A stretch of DNA of 62,776 bases, the filler included, from Diploschistes diacapsis (Eukaryota): the NCBI GenBank assembly GCA_023645945.1. It is 6 parts of 6 records of this genome, joined end to end, with 100 filler letters (N's around TTAATTAATTAA, not from the genome) between each part and the next. Parts side by side here need not be neighbours in the genome. Positions count along the whole stretch, not along the records: positions 41,975 to 52,326 come from JALAIB010000934.1; positions 52,427 to 62,776 come from JALAIB010000935.1; 4 more parts are not named here. One strand, 5' to 3'. The notes under the pieces were generated by a model. The model had not been told where the DNA came from, made no database searches, and saw only the letters and a program-made list of their open reading frames with translations. Below are positions 51,083-62,776 of this stretch, piece after piece. Every line of letters starts with the position of its first letter. Positions within the stretch are counted from its first letter, which is position 1. A program made the translations under genes and the position numbers.

Positions 51083-52512
51083 AAGGGCCGCCCTTCATCC
51101 GCTGGCACGGAGTCTAGGGTCTGGACAAAAGTCTCTTCGCTCCTTATACCCCACCATCGCACCAATCAAGCGGAATAAGTTGCGCCGCCCGTCTCGTCGT
51201 GGGCGACAATGGAGGGCGTTTTTTTGCATGGGCCCCGTCCGTTCACCCGTTTACTCACGCAAAGGCCCTCTGTTCCTTGGTTCACGCGAGCTCGTATCAT
51301 CCAGCCATCAGGCATGTCCACACTGGCGTATTCGGCGAAGAAGGCTAAAAGGGGATATCAACTTGGTGAGGGTGCGGCTGCAGAATCAACATGCATGGGA
51401 GAAACTTCGCGGCGAACATGTTGTTTACCACACACACGCACGCGCGCTCGGGTGAGCGTTAGCATCAGTACCAGCGTCGCTATCCCGGGCGAGCCGAAAC
51501 CCAAGGCTGGTAGGACCGGGGAAACGAGGAGTAATTGCCTACTTTTGTTTAGTGTAGATGACCCGACCGACCGATCAGTCGAGAGAGACTGCGCGCACGA
51601 ACGGGCGGCGAATAGATGGTATTTGGTTGAATGCATGCATACACAGATGATCAAACGCTGCTTGTGCTCGGGGTTTTTCTCCGTGTGGTTTATTGGGATG
51701 TGTTGCCGTTCTGCACCACTTCCACTGAAGCTTCCGGCCTTTGTTTCCAACTGCCCTTGCGTTGGGCCGCGGAGGCCTTGTCCCTCGCTAACAGTATGCC
51801 CTTTCCCGGACCCCCCTTTTTTTTTTCCATGCCCGCCGCTCCGAAGCTTGGTCCCTCGATTCGCTCCTCTCCCAGCCTCGCCCCCGTGTCGAGGTCTTGG
51901 TAATTTGGCCCAGGCGCGCGGAATGGAAACGCTGTAACGGTGGCCCCACACTTGCTTCCATCGCGACGCAGCAGCAGCAGCAGCAGCGGCGGCGAAGAGA
52001 CCATGAAGCGCAATACGACTAGACTACTTGTATCTGGGGTAAAGGTACGCATGTATACAATCATTCATCCCCCCCGCCGTTCCCCATCAGCCAGCCCCTC
52101 TGCGAAGCCTCGCGCAGAGCTCTCCACCATCCCATCCCATCCGATCCCATCCCATGGCCCCCTTTGTCGTCGTGGAGGTCAGCGAGCTGCGGCATTCCTC
52201 CTCTACAGGAGGAGCTCCCCCGTGCAATGGAACAGCATGCAGTGTTTTGGGTTTTTTTTATAACGTACTTGGTGTGGATAATGCGGAGGACTCTGCGCTC
52301 ATGCTATACACTCTGCACATACCTTGNNNNNNNNNNNNNNNNNNNNNNNNNNNNNNNNNNNNNNNNNNNNTTAATTAATTAANNNNNNNNNNNNNNNNNN
52401 NNNNNNNNNNNNNNNNNNNNNNNNNNCCCCTTAAGTCCATCCATCGTCCGTCAAGCTATTCCATTCTATCCCAAAAAGACTAACTCCGCCACCCTCTTCC
52501 CACGAAATACAG

Positions 52513-53223
52513 GTCCCGGCACACCCCCCTCCACACCGTCAAAGTCGTCATCCTCGGCCAAGACCCCTACCACAACCTGCACCAGGCCCACGGCCTCTCG
52601 TTCTCCGTGCGCCCGCCGACGCCCGCGCCGCCGTCCCTGGTCAACATCTACAAGGCCCTGAAGATCGACTACCCGGCCTTCACGCCGCCGCCGAACCGGG
52701 GCGGCCTGCTGACGCCCTGGGCCGACCGCGGCGTCCTGCTGCTCAACACCGTGCTGACGGTGCGCGCCCACGAGGCGAACAGCCACAAGGACAAGGGCTG
52801 GGAGCGCTTCACGGCCAAGGTGCTCGAGGTCGTCGGCAAGCGGCGCACGGAGGGCGTCGTGTTCCTGGCCTGGGGCACGCCCGCGCGGAAGAAGGTCGAG
52901 GCCGCGGGCGTGGCCAAGGGCGAGGCGCATTGTGTATTGTCGAGCGTGCATCCTAGTCCGTTGAGCGCGGAAAGGGGGTTTGTGAGTTTTATCTCTACTT
53001 TCTTTTCTTTTAGGGGGAGTTGGGGGGCTTCCACTTTTTTTCCTGCCGCGCTACTTTCCTCCTCTCTCTTGTTCTGTTTTTTTCCGTGGTCGGCGCTGAT
53101 TCAGGAGCATAGTTCGATGGCCACCATTTCAAGCAGGCGAACGAGTGGCTCGGCAAGCGGTACGGCAAGGAGGGCGAGATCAATTGGGATTTGAACGTCG
53201 CGCCGGAGAAAGCGGGCGTCTAG
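52513..53223 (+). CDS. UNG1: Uracil-DNA glycosylase, 5' exons missing
   Basis: [44 protein letters not shown] and HPSPLSA; intron 52982-53111; ends HFKQANEWL...AGV*. Confidence 0.97.
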
Positions 53224-53788
53224 CAGTCTTCTATGCCGTGGTCTCGGGAATTTTCCTTTTCTCCTCCATCAGGGTACGATTCGGCGCGTCTCTACCCGGG
53301 GAGCCTTCCAATTCCGAGTGGTGGTTTTCGCCCGGTGGCGGATGGACCTTCTGTGCCGTTTTCGAGTTGTCGGGCGCTCGTGGAGACATGGGTGCTATAT
53401 GGGGGTGAGGCCTGTTGGCGGCACTGAACTGTGGTCCCGACTTGCAAGTTGTACCGGTATGGAGCAGCGCTGGCCAGCGGTAGGCGAGACGAAGTTTTGG
53501 CGAGGGACGTCCCTTCTCGGTTACACAATATTACATGGAGCGAGGAGCTTTTGCGGGTGTAGGGATACGGGAGATCGTTAATGTGGGTGCGAAACTAAGG
53601 AACTGGGCAAGGAAGCTTTCGGTCATGGCAAAGAGAACAATGGAATTCGCAAGTGATTCATCATGCTTGCATATCTCCCACCTACAACTACGCCAGTTTT
53701 TTTTTTTTTTTTGCTCCGCTTCTCGTTCGCCACCGTCCACCGCGCCCTCATCCCTCTTGCAAACCCCGCACGCGACTTTTCTTATCTT

Positions 53789-55254
53789 TCATGGAACCGG
53801 CCTCCAACAGGCAGCGTCTCCCTGCTCTGCATATGTGACGTCAAAGTCGTCATCTCCGTCCTTCAACGCCTCCAGAAGACCGCGACTGATAGGCGTAGTG
53901 GTGGCTTTTGCGTGCAGATTGGTCTGGCAGTTCTTGCAGCCGTAGATGTTCCACCTGCTTAGTCCACCCTCGCGACCGATTCCTACGACTTTGCCAGAGC
54001 GGCTTGTCGGGTGCGGATCACGAAAGACCCCGTGGCAGTCCGAGCGGTCGAATGCAGCGAGGGAATCGGGGGCGTAGGTATAGCCGAGTCCTTGAAAGGG
54101 ACCAGGAAGGGAGGCCGGGGTCAGTAGCGTTCCAGGAGCGCTGCCGACGGAGCCGTCGACGGATTGGGCGCCAGGGTAGCTGGAGTCGATCTTCAAAGAA
54201 CCGGCAGCGGTGCAATTGTGTTTTTGCTGCCAGAGCCAAAAGACGTAGTCAATGAAGCAACTATGGAAGAAGAAGAAGGTGGGATCGAAACCGGCGGTCT
54301 CGTTGTCGCCCACCTCACCGTTGGCGCCAAGCTTCGGGTCCGCGTTGTAGCCGGCGCACTGATAGTAACCACCAACAGCGAGGTGATGGCATCGTGGGGA
54401 GCCTCAAGAGCCACCATGGGGTGATCCTCGCGTTTATGATCCTCGATGTACTTCTCCATTAAGATGTTGTTGGAGAATGCGGTGTAGTTAGGCGCAAATC
54501 AAACAGGTTTTGAAGTTCTTTTAAGACAGAGTACGTATGTGGGTACCTCTGGTCGGCAGTTCTTTTTTCTTTATCAATCTTGACTTTACCCTCAAGCCAG
54601 ACGTAAAACATTAGAATTCAGTTTTTCGGTGCGGCTTTCTTCAGAAGAGAACTTCATGTTATGACGTTCCGTCTCACTCCTAACCTCGTCTGTCCCGACA
54701 AGACCAGATAGAGGATACCTGACAGTTTCATAACCCTCATGCTTACTGTAGATGTTTGTGGCCCTTGACGTCTTCCACGAGTGACTGCTACAGTTTATAA
54801 GAGTACAGAGAATTATGAGACTCGCCATCCGATCAAATGTCGAGCTAGTCAGGATCGATGGGATAGGCTTGCCGGTCTTCTTATTCCGAACATCCCAGCA
54901 GTCGTGCCAGAAAGGAAGTGTAACGTCTTCGCAGCTTGGTATTGTTCGAAGCGCATTCTTAGGATGGAAGAGGTATACATGGTGCCAGGTGGGAAAAAGA
55001 ACATCCTTATGGTGGCAGTACCCTCCCACCACTTCGGATCATTTTTGCCCAGCCCTTCGAAAAGGCTCGCCGTGGGATCCAGCAATGTAGAAGAAGGACA
55101 GGTCATCCTCTAAGGGGAGCTTGTAGTCCGGCTTCTTCTTTTGAAGGCCGCGGAAAGCTCGGACAAGATTCTCTAGGGGCTTCCTATCCCCATGGTCGTA
55201 CTCGTTTTGGATCTCCCGAAGGGAGTAGCAGACGCGGTCAGGCATGGCTTGCAT
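53789..55254 (-). pseudogene. Tyrosinase pseudogene
   Basis: SFFYIAGSHGEPFR, GGYCHH..VLFPTWH, LEAPHDAI(H)LAVGG, DNETAGFDPTFFFFHSCFIDYVFW and LSRWNIYGCKNCQT are spread over several frames, with deletions. Confidence 0.88.
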
Positions 55255-56440
55255 TTCAAAAGACTTTGACTTGTTTGACGAAGTTGTGAAAGCTTGCTGG
55301 TGAGGAGAAAACTAGAAGAGAGAAACAACCGATTTCTGGGGCAATTTATATGTCAAGAAAAACACATGAAAGGGCTCTTATCTTCTCCAGATCAGGTGCT
55401 TTGATCGTCTAGACCGAGCCATCATGTGCTTTTTTTGATCCCTTACGGCCTCCTAAGCATAAGTGAAGGGGTTCTGGACGAGGCAACTAGTCATCTATCG
55501 AGTTCCGAGCTATGGATCAAGGGAAGAACAAACGTGGCTAATGCAGCAGGCCCACCACAAAGTAGTATCAGGCAGTCGAAATCATTACACTATCTGATCG
55601 AATGAGAGGCTTGCAGCCATGCAGAAGCGGGTCGAGAATGGGCTTCAACAAATGCATCCTATAGCCAGATGTGATTGACCTATTCGCCCGCTGCGGACTT
55701 GCTAATCCTGTAACACGGCATCAAGGCCATTAAGAGTGGCTCTGTATGTCAGTAAGAAAGACATCGTAGCAGCATCTTCATAGTTCAGCTGGCCACTCGT
55801 CAGCCATAGCTCTTGCACCAAGCACTTGCTGTTGCACTGTTGACGGTTTCAGCTCAACATTGATGGGACTTCAAGTGGTAAGTGTAAGGAATCACCTACG
55901 AGAAGACTTTGCGGACAACGTCGCTTTACAGAGCTTTTGCAACTTACCTGCTCTTTCTGTATAATACCTGGGACGACTCCAAGGAAGCCAATAGAATACA
56001 GGCAACTTTACCGATTCATAGGCAGGCGAAGGAGCTCGTGATTAATCGTTTGCAAAATATAATATAAAAGGAAAACGTAGTGTGGCTAAGGAATCTCCCA
56101 TACATGTATCTTCCCGCAAAAGGCAAAGGCAGACGTACCCCCTTTAAATCCATGTCAGATCGTGTTTTCAACATGGTATATGGCACAAGCGGTGAGCCTA
56201 TATATCTCGGTAGCTTCAGGCCCATTGTAAGTGAGTCCTGTTTAGTTCCTTGGGATAATCTAGTTACTTGCTCCAAAGCACCTCCTATAGTTTGGAAAGG
56301 GCGTGTGGAAAGAAATTTCGGAAGAATGAGTATTTGGAGCCGGTAGGCATATATGATCTATTATTTAAGCCGCTTCGTAAATACAGATCACATGTTCCCC
56401 CCCATCGCCGGCATTGCATGTATTAAACTCGGTAGGCACA

Positions 56441-57793
56441 TCACTTCCGAATCTGACTCCGCCCTGTCAACGATATCGGCGGCACCGAACTTCCGTCCGG
56501 CGATACTAGCGGCACAACCTTCGGCGGCGACGTCCTCCCCTCACTCCTCGCCGACGACGGTCTGGACGGCGACCGTCTACCAGGCGACCTCACCCAGACT
56601 GAGGCGGCGGGCGTCTTGCTCTGGGATCTGCTACTCGGTCGATTGCCCGCCCCACCGGCGCTCTCTAGCTCGGTCGGAATCAGGTTGGTATAGCCCGGTA
56701 GTTCGTAGAATGAAGTGCACGTGGCGGACAACTCCGAAGGCTTCCGAGGCCAGCTGGAGTACAGTTCTGCCTGCTTGGTGTACTCTGGCGGCCGGGGCGG
56801 AAGTGCCTTCTCGTTGACCCAGGACACTCCCTGGGCTGCATTGGGCGGACCACCGTAGCGGTCGTTGTCGGTTCGATTGGGATCGGTATGTAGCGGGCGG
56901 CTGGACCCTCGGCGTCGCCTGCAGAGTAGTATGAAGGCAGAGAGGACGAGGACGAGGGCGGCGATGGCGCCTAAGACGACGCCGGCTATAGCACCATCTG
57001 AAAGTACTGGTACATGTGCGATAGCTGTGGGAGTTTGTGTAGGTATGCTGGGCATCAAGAATGTTGTCGGAAGCGGGGCGGCCGAGTTCATGCTGGAGCT
57101 CGTCTCAAGCGCAAACCCGTCAATTGGGTGCGCATAAGCTTGACCGCTACTTGAGAACACCATGACGCCGCTGGAACTACTGTTGTCATATTGCGTGACG
57201 CTGGCATTGATCATGTTGCTGTAGCATGTCGCTCCAAACGCTGGGCGCCCCGGGGTCGTCGTGTCCGGAGGATGAAGTCCAAAGTTACTAATCAGTGGTC
57301 AGTTTTGATTTTGGTCAAGGGTTTTCTGCACATCGTACCTAGGACAACAAGCTACGTACACTGGCCTGTTGGTCATGGTTTGGGTGTACACGGTTTCGTA
57401 GTTGTCTGGACATACTAACGGGCTGAAGGCGGGTGCAATTGTGCTGCTGTAGGACTGCAGGTAGCTAGTCATGAATTGAGACGGATAGCACTCGGAGAAC
57501 GTCGAATTGGGGACGGGCAGGGGCTCGTTCTCCCAGACGAAATAGTGCTGCCGCTCCAACATGGTGATATGCCCTTGCGTACATTCTGGCGGTGGTGTGA
57601 AGGTGGTCGTGATCGAAGGAGTGGAGAAGATATATGTAGGGGCAAGCGTAGTTGAGCTCGGGCTTAAGGCGGAAGATGAGTTGGAAGGTGGACTTGAAGA
57701 CGGGACCGAGATCAGTGTCGGGAACGCAGTAGATATCGCCGTAGAGGTCAACGACGGAATTCCGCTCGATGCTGCTACTCCAGGTGCTGCCAT
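56441..57793 (-). CDS. Ser/Thr-rich, Cys-motif single-pass membrane protein (cell-surface sensor-like), 2 exons
   Basis: TTTFTPPPEC...CYPSQF...FSPLVCP...ACCP|SNFG...GATCYS; TM helix LSDGAIAGVVLGAIAALVLVLSAFILL followed by RRRR. The start is uncertain (possible signal peptide from 57910). Confidence 0.75.
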
Positions 57794-58938
57794 CTTGGGA
57801 ACCTTTACGGTCCCGGATCAGACCTCAAAGGCTATCGCCTCGCGATATTGAGAAATACAAGACGCGGAGAAGACCAAGAAAAGAACGAAGCTAGGGGCAG
57901 GGGTTTTCATTTTGAATAGATGTATGGCGGCGTAAGCCCTGATGCATCTGCAGCTCGCTTCTCCCCTGCATGAACTAAGCCACGAATTGAAAAGAATCAA
58001 GTATCCTGCAGGTCCAGCGTGCAGGTGTAACTTAATCATTGTTTCATAGAACCATTCTGTTAGCCTAGCCAAGGTTATCTGGATAAGGTCAAGTTCTGGG
58101 CTTCATCGGGGAGGTGTGATGCTACCAAATGCACCGAGAGTTGGTTCTGCAGAGAAAAGGTGCGGTGAAACACCGTTTCGTGCAGCCATGCGTCAAACAA
58201 GCTTGGTGCGAGTAAGGTTTGCCGGAGGTCGCAGGCGTTCTATTATAAACTAGATTAGAACTCCAACGGCCACCCGCCATGTTCTGGTCTCAATCCTGGC
58301 GCTGATCCTTCGTAAACGAAGTGCTCGTTCATTATTCGTCTCGACGAATCATGAGAGGAAGCGAGGAGGGCTTAGCGAGTGCTACTGCGACTCTGCCTGC
58401 AAACACCAGTTCAGCAAGATGGAGACTCTCTGAGCATGAGTAAGGGAAATGGCAGTACGTTGTAGCAGTCGGTTGCATGCATGGTCAGATGTTAGTTATA
58501 GTTGCATGTTGTTCTCGTATTATGTACCCATCTCAATTGGTGGTATATGGAGTCGGGATTGAGAACCTCGTTGGTAGATGCATCACTGCGGCAAAGTGAA
58601 GCCCGACATCTGGCATCTCCGACTCTTCTTGCTTGAGTCGAGTACATAATGGATGGCATTGTCAGGAGGGACGAGTCTGGACGAACTCTCACATTGCGAT
58701 ATCGATGCAGCAAAAAGGTTGCGCCAAAGAACCCAGATACACTTAGCATTCGTATGAGCGTAAGATCTATTGATCATTGCGCAGGGTTTTCCCTCAGTAT
58801 ATACAACGCACTACATAGATACACCACCCAGAGTTGAACTGTGTTCGCCGTGTGCCCATGCAATGCAGTTCGCCCGTGCTCATATCCCAGTGGTCCCGCA
58901 CAACGCCTCGCTAAGCAGCCATCACAAGAATAGGGGTA

Positions 58939-60426
58939 TCACAGATTATTTGAATCTTTGCTTTTTTCGTTCACATCACGGGCCATCTTTTTGCCCATCT
59001 CATAACTGCTGATCATGATCGCACAAGCAGGCGCCACCTTTAAACATCTGGCCGCCCATCCCTTGAATAAGCCAGAAACACCTTCAGTTTTGAAGATATG
59101 GTACAGGAAACGAGGCATTGAACGCTCTTCGGGCATAAGCTCCCTGGCGGCGGAGCCCGTGCTAGAAGCGTATGGAGCCTTGGAACCTTGACCGGAATTG
59201 GAAGTGCTGGAAAAGTCATTGGCATGGACGAATACTTGCTGCCGAGTCTTGCCAACGTCAAATGGAGTTGTCACGACGGAAGAGATCGCCCCGCTCGTGG
59301 CTCCTGCTACGAACGAATCCAAGAATGTGGCGGTATGATTTCCGCGAGTTCGTGATTCGCTCCTCACACGGGACTTTTCCAAGGGGGAGTCCATCGTTCG
59401 ACCTCTGCTCGTCTCCCGCAGATCAGTGAGTTTATCACGCACTGCTTCGTAACCCCACCAGTAGAAGCCACTGAAAGGAACGTCCCGCCACATTGTCAAC
59501 GTGAGCCCGCGCCAAAGAGATGTGAAGCCTTGGACTCTGACCATGTCTCGTAGTCCTAGCAGTGTATCTCTAAAGACTCCGGTCGAGATCCCAGACGTTG
59601 CTTGCAATCGTGTTCGAAACATCTCAATAGGTGAGATCACTGCAGCAGCTGACACGCGAGCAACGGAGCCAGCAATGAGAGGAGCATATTCATTGGGTAT
59701 AAAGTTTCTTATCGGGCTTTGTTTGTTATATCGGAGAGTGTCGTAGCCGGCAAAGTATATGACGTTACCAGGAACTGACATGAGCAGTGTTGGAGACAAA
59801 CCCCTCCATAAAGATCTTGCCCCTTCGTTGCGCGCAATCTTTTGTAGTCCATCGAAAGTCGACGTGAATGCTTTTCGCTGAGTCTCCTCAACCGCACAGC
59901 TCGCCGCAGATGGTGAACCAGTGTGCGTGGCCGCCGTGATCGCAGTGAAGGCTGATTCGCCGGAATTTGAAGCCATACAGTACTGAGCGTTGTTGCTCAC
60001 CCAGAAAACCTCCCTACAGCAGGCCGTGACGCCCAGATTTGGCACATTGGTGAATGAAGCGGAGGGTAGAAATGATGACGTGCGCGATATCGGAGGCGCA
60101 GTGGAGACGGATTGGGACTGTAGGCGAACTCGGACGACATCAAGGGGAGCCACTAGAGTCTCTTAGCACATCAAGCAAGACAGCCTTGAAGATGACTTAC
60201 CTATTAAGGAGGTCAAAATACTCCCGGAAACGGCGGAAAGCATTTTTTGACCAGCCGAAATCTCCTCCTGCGGCATATCAGCTTCGCTAGGTCTGCCTAC
60301 CACCACACCAGAGCGTTTCGACATGGCTGAAGTGGTGTATCGTGCGACGTTGTTGTCCACCCCGTCATACTCGAGGCTTTCATACAAATAGTCTTGCGGG
60401 TCTTTGCTGGAGGGCAAAACAGACAT
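58939..60426 (-). CDS. MTM1: Mitochondrial carrier, MTM1/SLC25A39-40 subfamily
   Basis: QKMLSAVSGSILTSL|VAPLDVVRVRLQ, CCREVFWV, SLWRGLSPTL, PIEMFRTR, WRDVPFSG, PFDVGKTR and KVAPACAIMISSYE. Confidence 0.92.
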
Positions 60427-60812
60427 TAAAGTGTAAACAGCTCGCCTCGCACGAAACCTTGTGTGAGGAACAATAGTGACAGCGTAAGAGTAGAGCAGAG
60501 GAAAAAAGAGCATGTGTAGATAGTTGACGTGCTTATGAATGAAAATTCTTAAGATAGGCCTGTGCTTCGTCCGGAAAATAACGAGAGATAAAGCAGCTTT
60601 TAGTTCCCGCTCGGACTTGCTATTTCGTCATCGTTTCCTCAGGTCCGCCGTTTAACTCCGAATCAGCGTTTAGTGGAAGATGTTACTGTCAGTATTCTAC
60701 CTATAACCTTATCCATGTGCATACTGCCTTCCTTGGTGATGATAGAATAGCGGCTTTGGTTGCATTGGATTTCTTAATTTGTTTGCCTCTAGAATTTCTC
60801 TTTCATCTCACC

Positions 60813-62693
60813 ATGTCCGATGATAACATCAATGATCTTGAAAACTTCCGCAAGCAATGGCGAGAGGAAGTACTTCGGAAGCGGGCTGCTCCCAGCCGTG
60901 GAAACGGCAGCAGCTCACAGACTGTTACCAGCAAAGCTACCAATACGCAAAAGCCAGAGCAAGTCGAGAACTCAGTTCCGACGAAGTCGAGATATCAGGA
61001 CTACGACGATGGGTACTCCTCTCGCACCTACGACTTCGGGGACCTCGAGGAGCGGGAGGAACTCCGAAAGCTTGGACCGTCCGGATCAGGTGTTCATCCA
61101 GAGAGTCAATGTGAGAAGGAGCCAGTTTCTGCCTTGGAACACTACGAGGAAGCGGTCGAGAATGAGAAGCAGGGCAAGTTGGGCGAGAGCCTCCGCTTCT
61201 ACCGCAAAGCCTTCAGAGTATCCTCTCCGTTCTGGATCTGGTGTCGCTAGACTGACTTTGAGTAGCTCGATGACGCTGTCGACCAAAAATACAAAGCCAA
61301 GCATTTTCCGCCCTCCTCTTTTCCAAAGTGGAAGCCTCTGGAGCCCACCCCAGCGCCGCTTGATCCTCGCCGCTCGCAGCCCTCAAACTCATCTAATCTA
61401 TCCGATCTTGTCGCATCGTTTGCTGCTATCTCCATCCCGCCGGCGCCGCCAATCATAGCCCGTGATCCCCCGCCCCTCTGCCCCATCGCCTCTCTGCCGG
61501 GCGAGCTCCTCTCCGAAATCCTAGACCAGGTTGCATCCACGGATGTCGCGATTCTTCCCCGATTGGCACTGGTCTGCAAGCGCCTCGCATACCTCGTCGC
61601 CAGCTACGACGGAATGTGGAAACGCGTCGTGCACTCGTCAAAGTACGGGATCTCGGGCATGTACTTCGAATTCGCACAAACAGTAGACTGGGTGCCCATC
61701 CTACCCAAGCCGGCGGAGTCTACAGAGCCCTCTCCCACGCTCCTGGACAGTCTTGCCAAGCTCGACCTCTCCTCATCAACCACCCTCTCCCACTCCTCAT
61801 CCTCTCCGCAATTCCCGAACCAGATACCCTTCCGTCTCCCCCCAACCCTGACACTCACACCCACCTACCCCACCTACCGCTCAATGCACCGTTCCCGCCC
61901 ACGCCTCCGCTTCACAGGCCTCTACATCAGCACAGTCAACTACACCCGTCCCGGTGCCGCCTCGCCGAACCAAATCACGTGGAACAGCCCCGTCCACATC
62001 GTGACCTACTACCGCTACCTCCGCTTCTACCGCGACGGCACCTGCATCTCGCTCCTTACGACCGTCGAGCCCGCGGACGTCGTTCCGCATCTGCACCGCG
62101 AGAATGTGGGGCGCCACTTTGACGTCATCGCGACGCAGGTGCAGGGCGGAGCCGGAGTCATGCGTAGTGCGCTCAGGGGTCGGTGGAAGTTGAGTCTGCC
62201 GCATGTTCCCGGTGAGAAGAGCAAAGCGAGCGAGCAGGACACCCAGGCCTCCTCCACCGCTGCTACCGCTACCGCGACCGCTACCGCGACCGGCGCCGTC
62301 AAACCCACAGACTCAACAGGCAAGACGACCGCTCCCTCCGAGCCCAGCCAACCCCAACTCCAACCCCACCCCACCCCGCCGCAGCCGCGGGAGCCGCGGG
62401 AGCCAGAAGGCAACCTCACCATCGAAACGCAAGGCCCCACGCCTGCCTACACGTACCACATGCATCTCCAGTTGCGCAACAATGGTGCAGCCGGGGCCTT
62501 GGGGTCCGGATCTGGTTCTGATGGTGGTTTGAATGGTGGCTCGGGCGTGGGTTCGGGCCCAGCACACAACACGAAGCTGGCGTGGCGCGGGTACTGGAGC
62601 TACAATCGGCTGACGGACGACTGGGCGGAGTTTGGGCTGCGGAATGACCGCGCGTTTGTCTGGAGTCGGGTTCGGAGTTGGGGCGAGGGGTGA
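60813..62693 (+). CDS. HRT3: F-box protein of the Hrt3/Pof7/FBXO9 family, 2 exons
   Basis: LENFRKQWREEV, SALEHYEEAVENEKQGKLGESLRFYRKAFR, F-box CPIASLPGELLSEIL, RPRLRFTGLYISTVNY and VTYYRYLRFYRDG; intron 61218-61264. Confidence 0.92.
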
Positions 62694-62776
62694 GTGAGGT
62701 GCCTAGGGAGGGAGGAATCTTAGGTAGAGGGTCAAAGGGAGAGGAGCGGAGGGGAAGAGATGGGGGAGACAGAGGG

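Noticed and set aside
51072..52326. ORFs of 127-242 aa on both strands
   Set aside because: 3' UTR/intergenic DNA with simple repeats (GCA, CCCAT, poly-T) and no protein-like composition.

Overview
Fungal (filamentous ascomycete) genomic DNA with spliceosomal introns and AT-rich, RIP-like mutated transposon relics. The window is not one locus. It is six unrelated contigs of about 10.4 kb (10396, 10395, 10393, 10390, 10352 and 10350 bp, descending in size) joined by artificial 100-bp N44-TTAATTAATTAA-N44 linkers. Contig 1: Ty1/copia 3' end and LTR, nested DNA-transposon ends, then an accessory-type block (GPI-anchored cupredoxin, J-domain-like protein, pseudokinase, TPR protein). Contig 2: LTR relic, a foldback pogo/Fot1 element, a MITE, GPI7/LAS21, an RMP1-like gene, an unclassified TG..CA inverted-repeat element and a decayed Helitron. 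Contig 3: MITE, PEBP-like GPI protein, a hypothetical gene and a long non-coding stretch. Contig 4: membrane protein, stand-alone integrase H2C2 zinc-finger gene, SAM methyltransferase, GH79, and a second copy of the TG..CA element. Contig 5: MFS transporter, P450 relic and two hypothetical genes. Contig 6: UNG1 (partial), tyrosinase pseudogene, single-pass membrane protein, MTM1-like carrier and HRT3/Pof7 F-box gene. The most interesting items are the compact three-gene module around the stand-alone H2C2 gene, the TG..CA element carrying a non-transposase ORF, the foldback transposon and the possible Starship-type cargo block. All calls are by eye, with no database searches.
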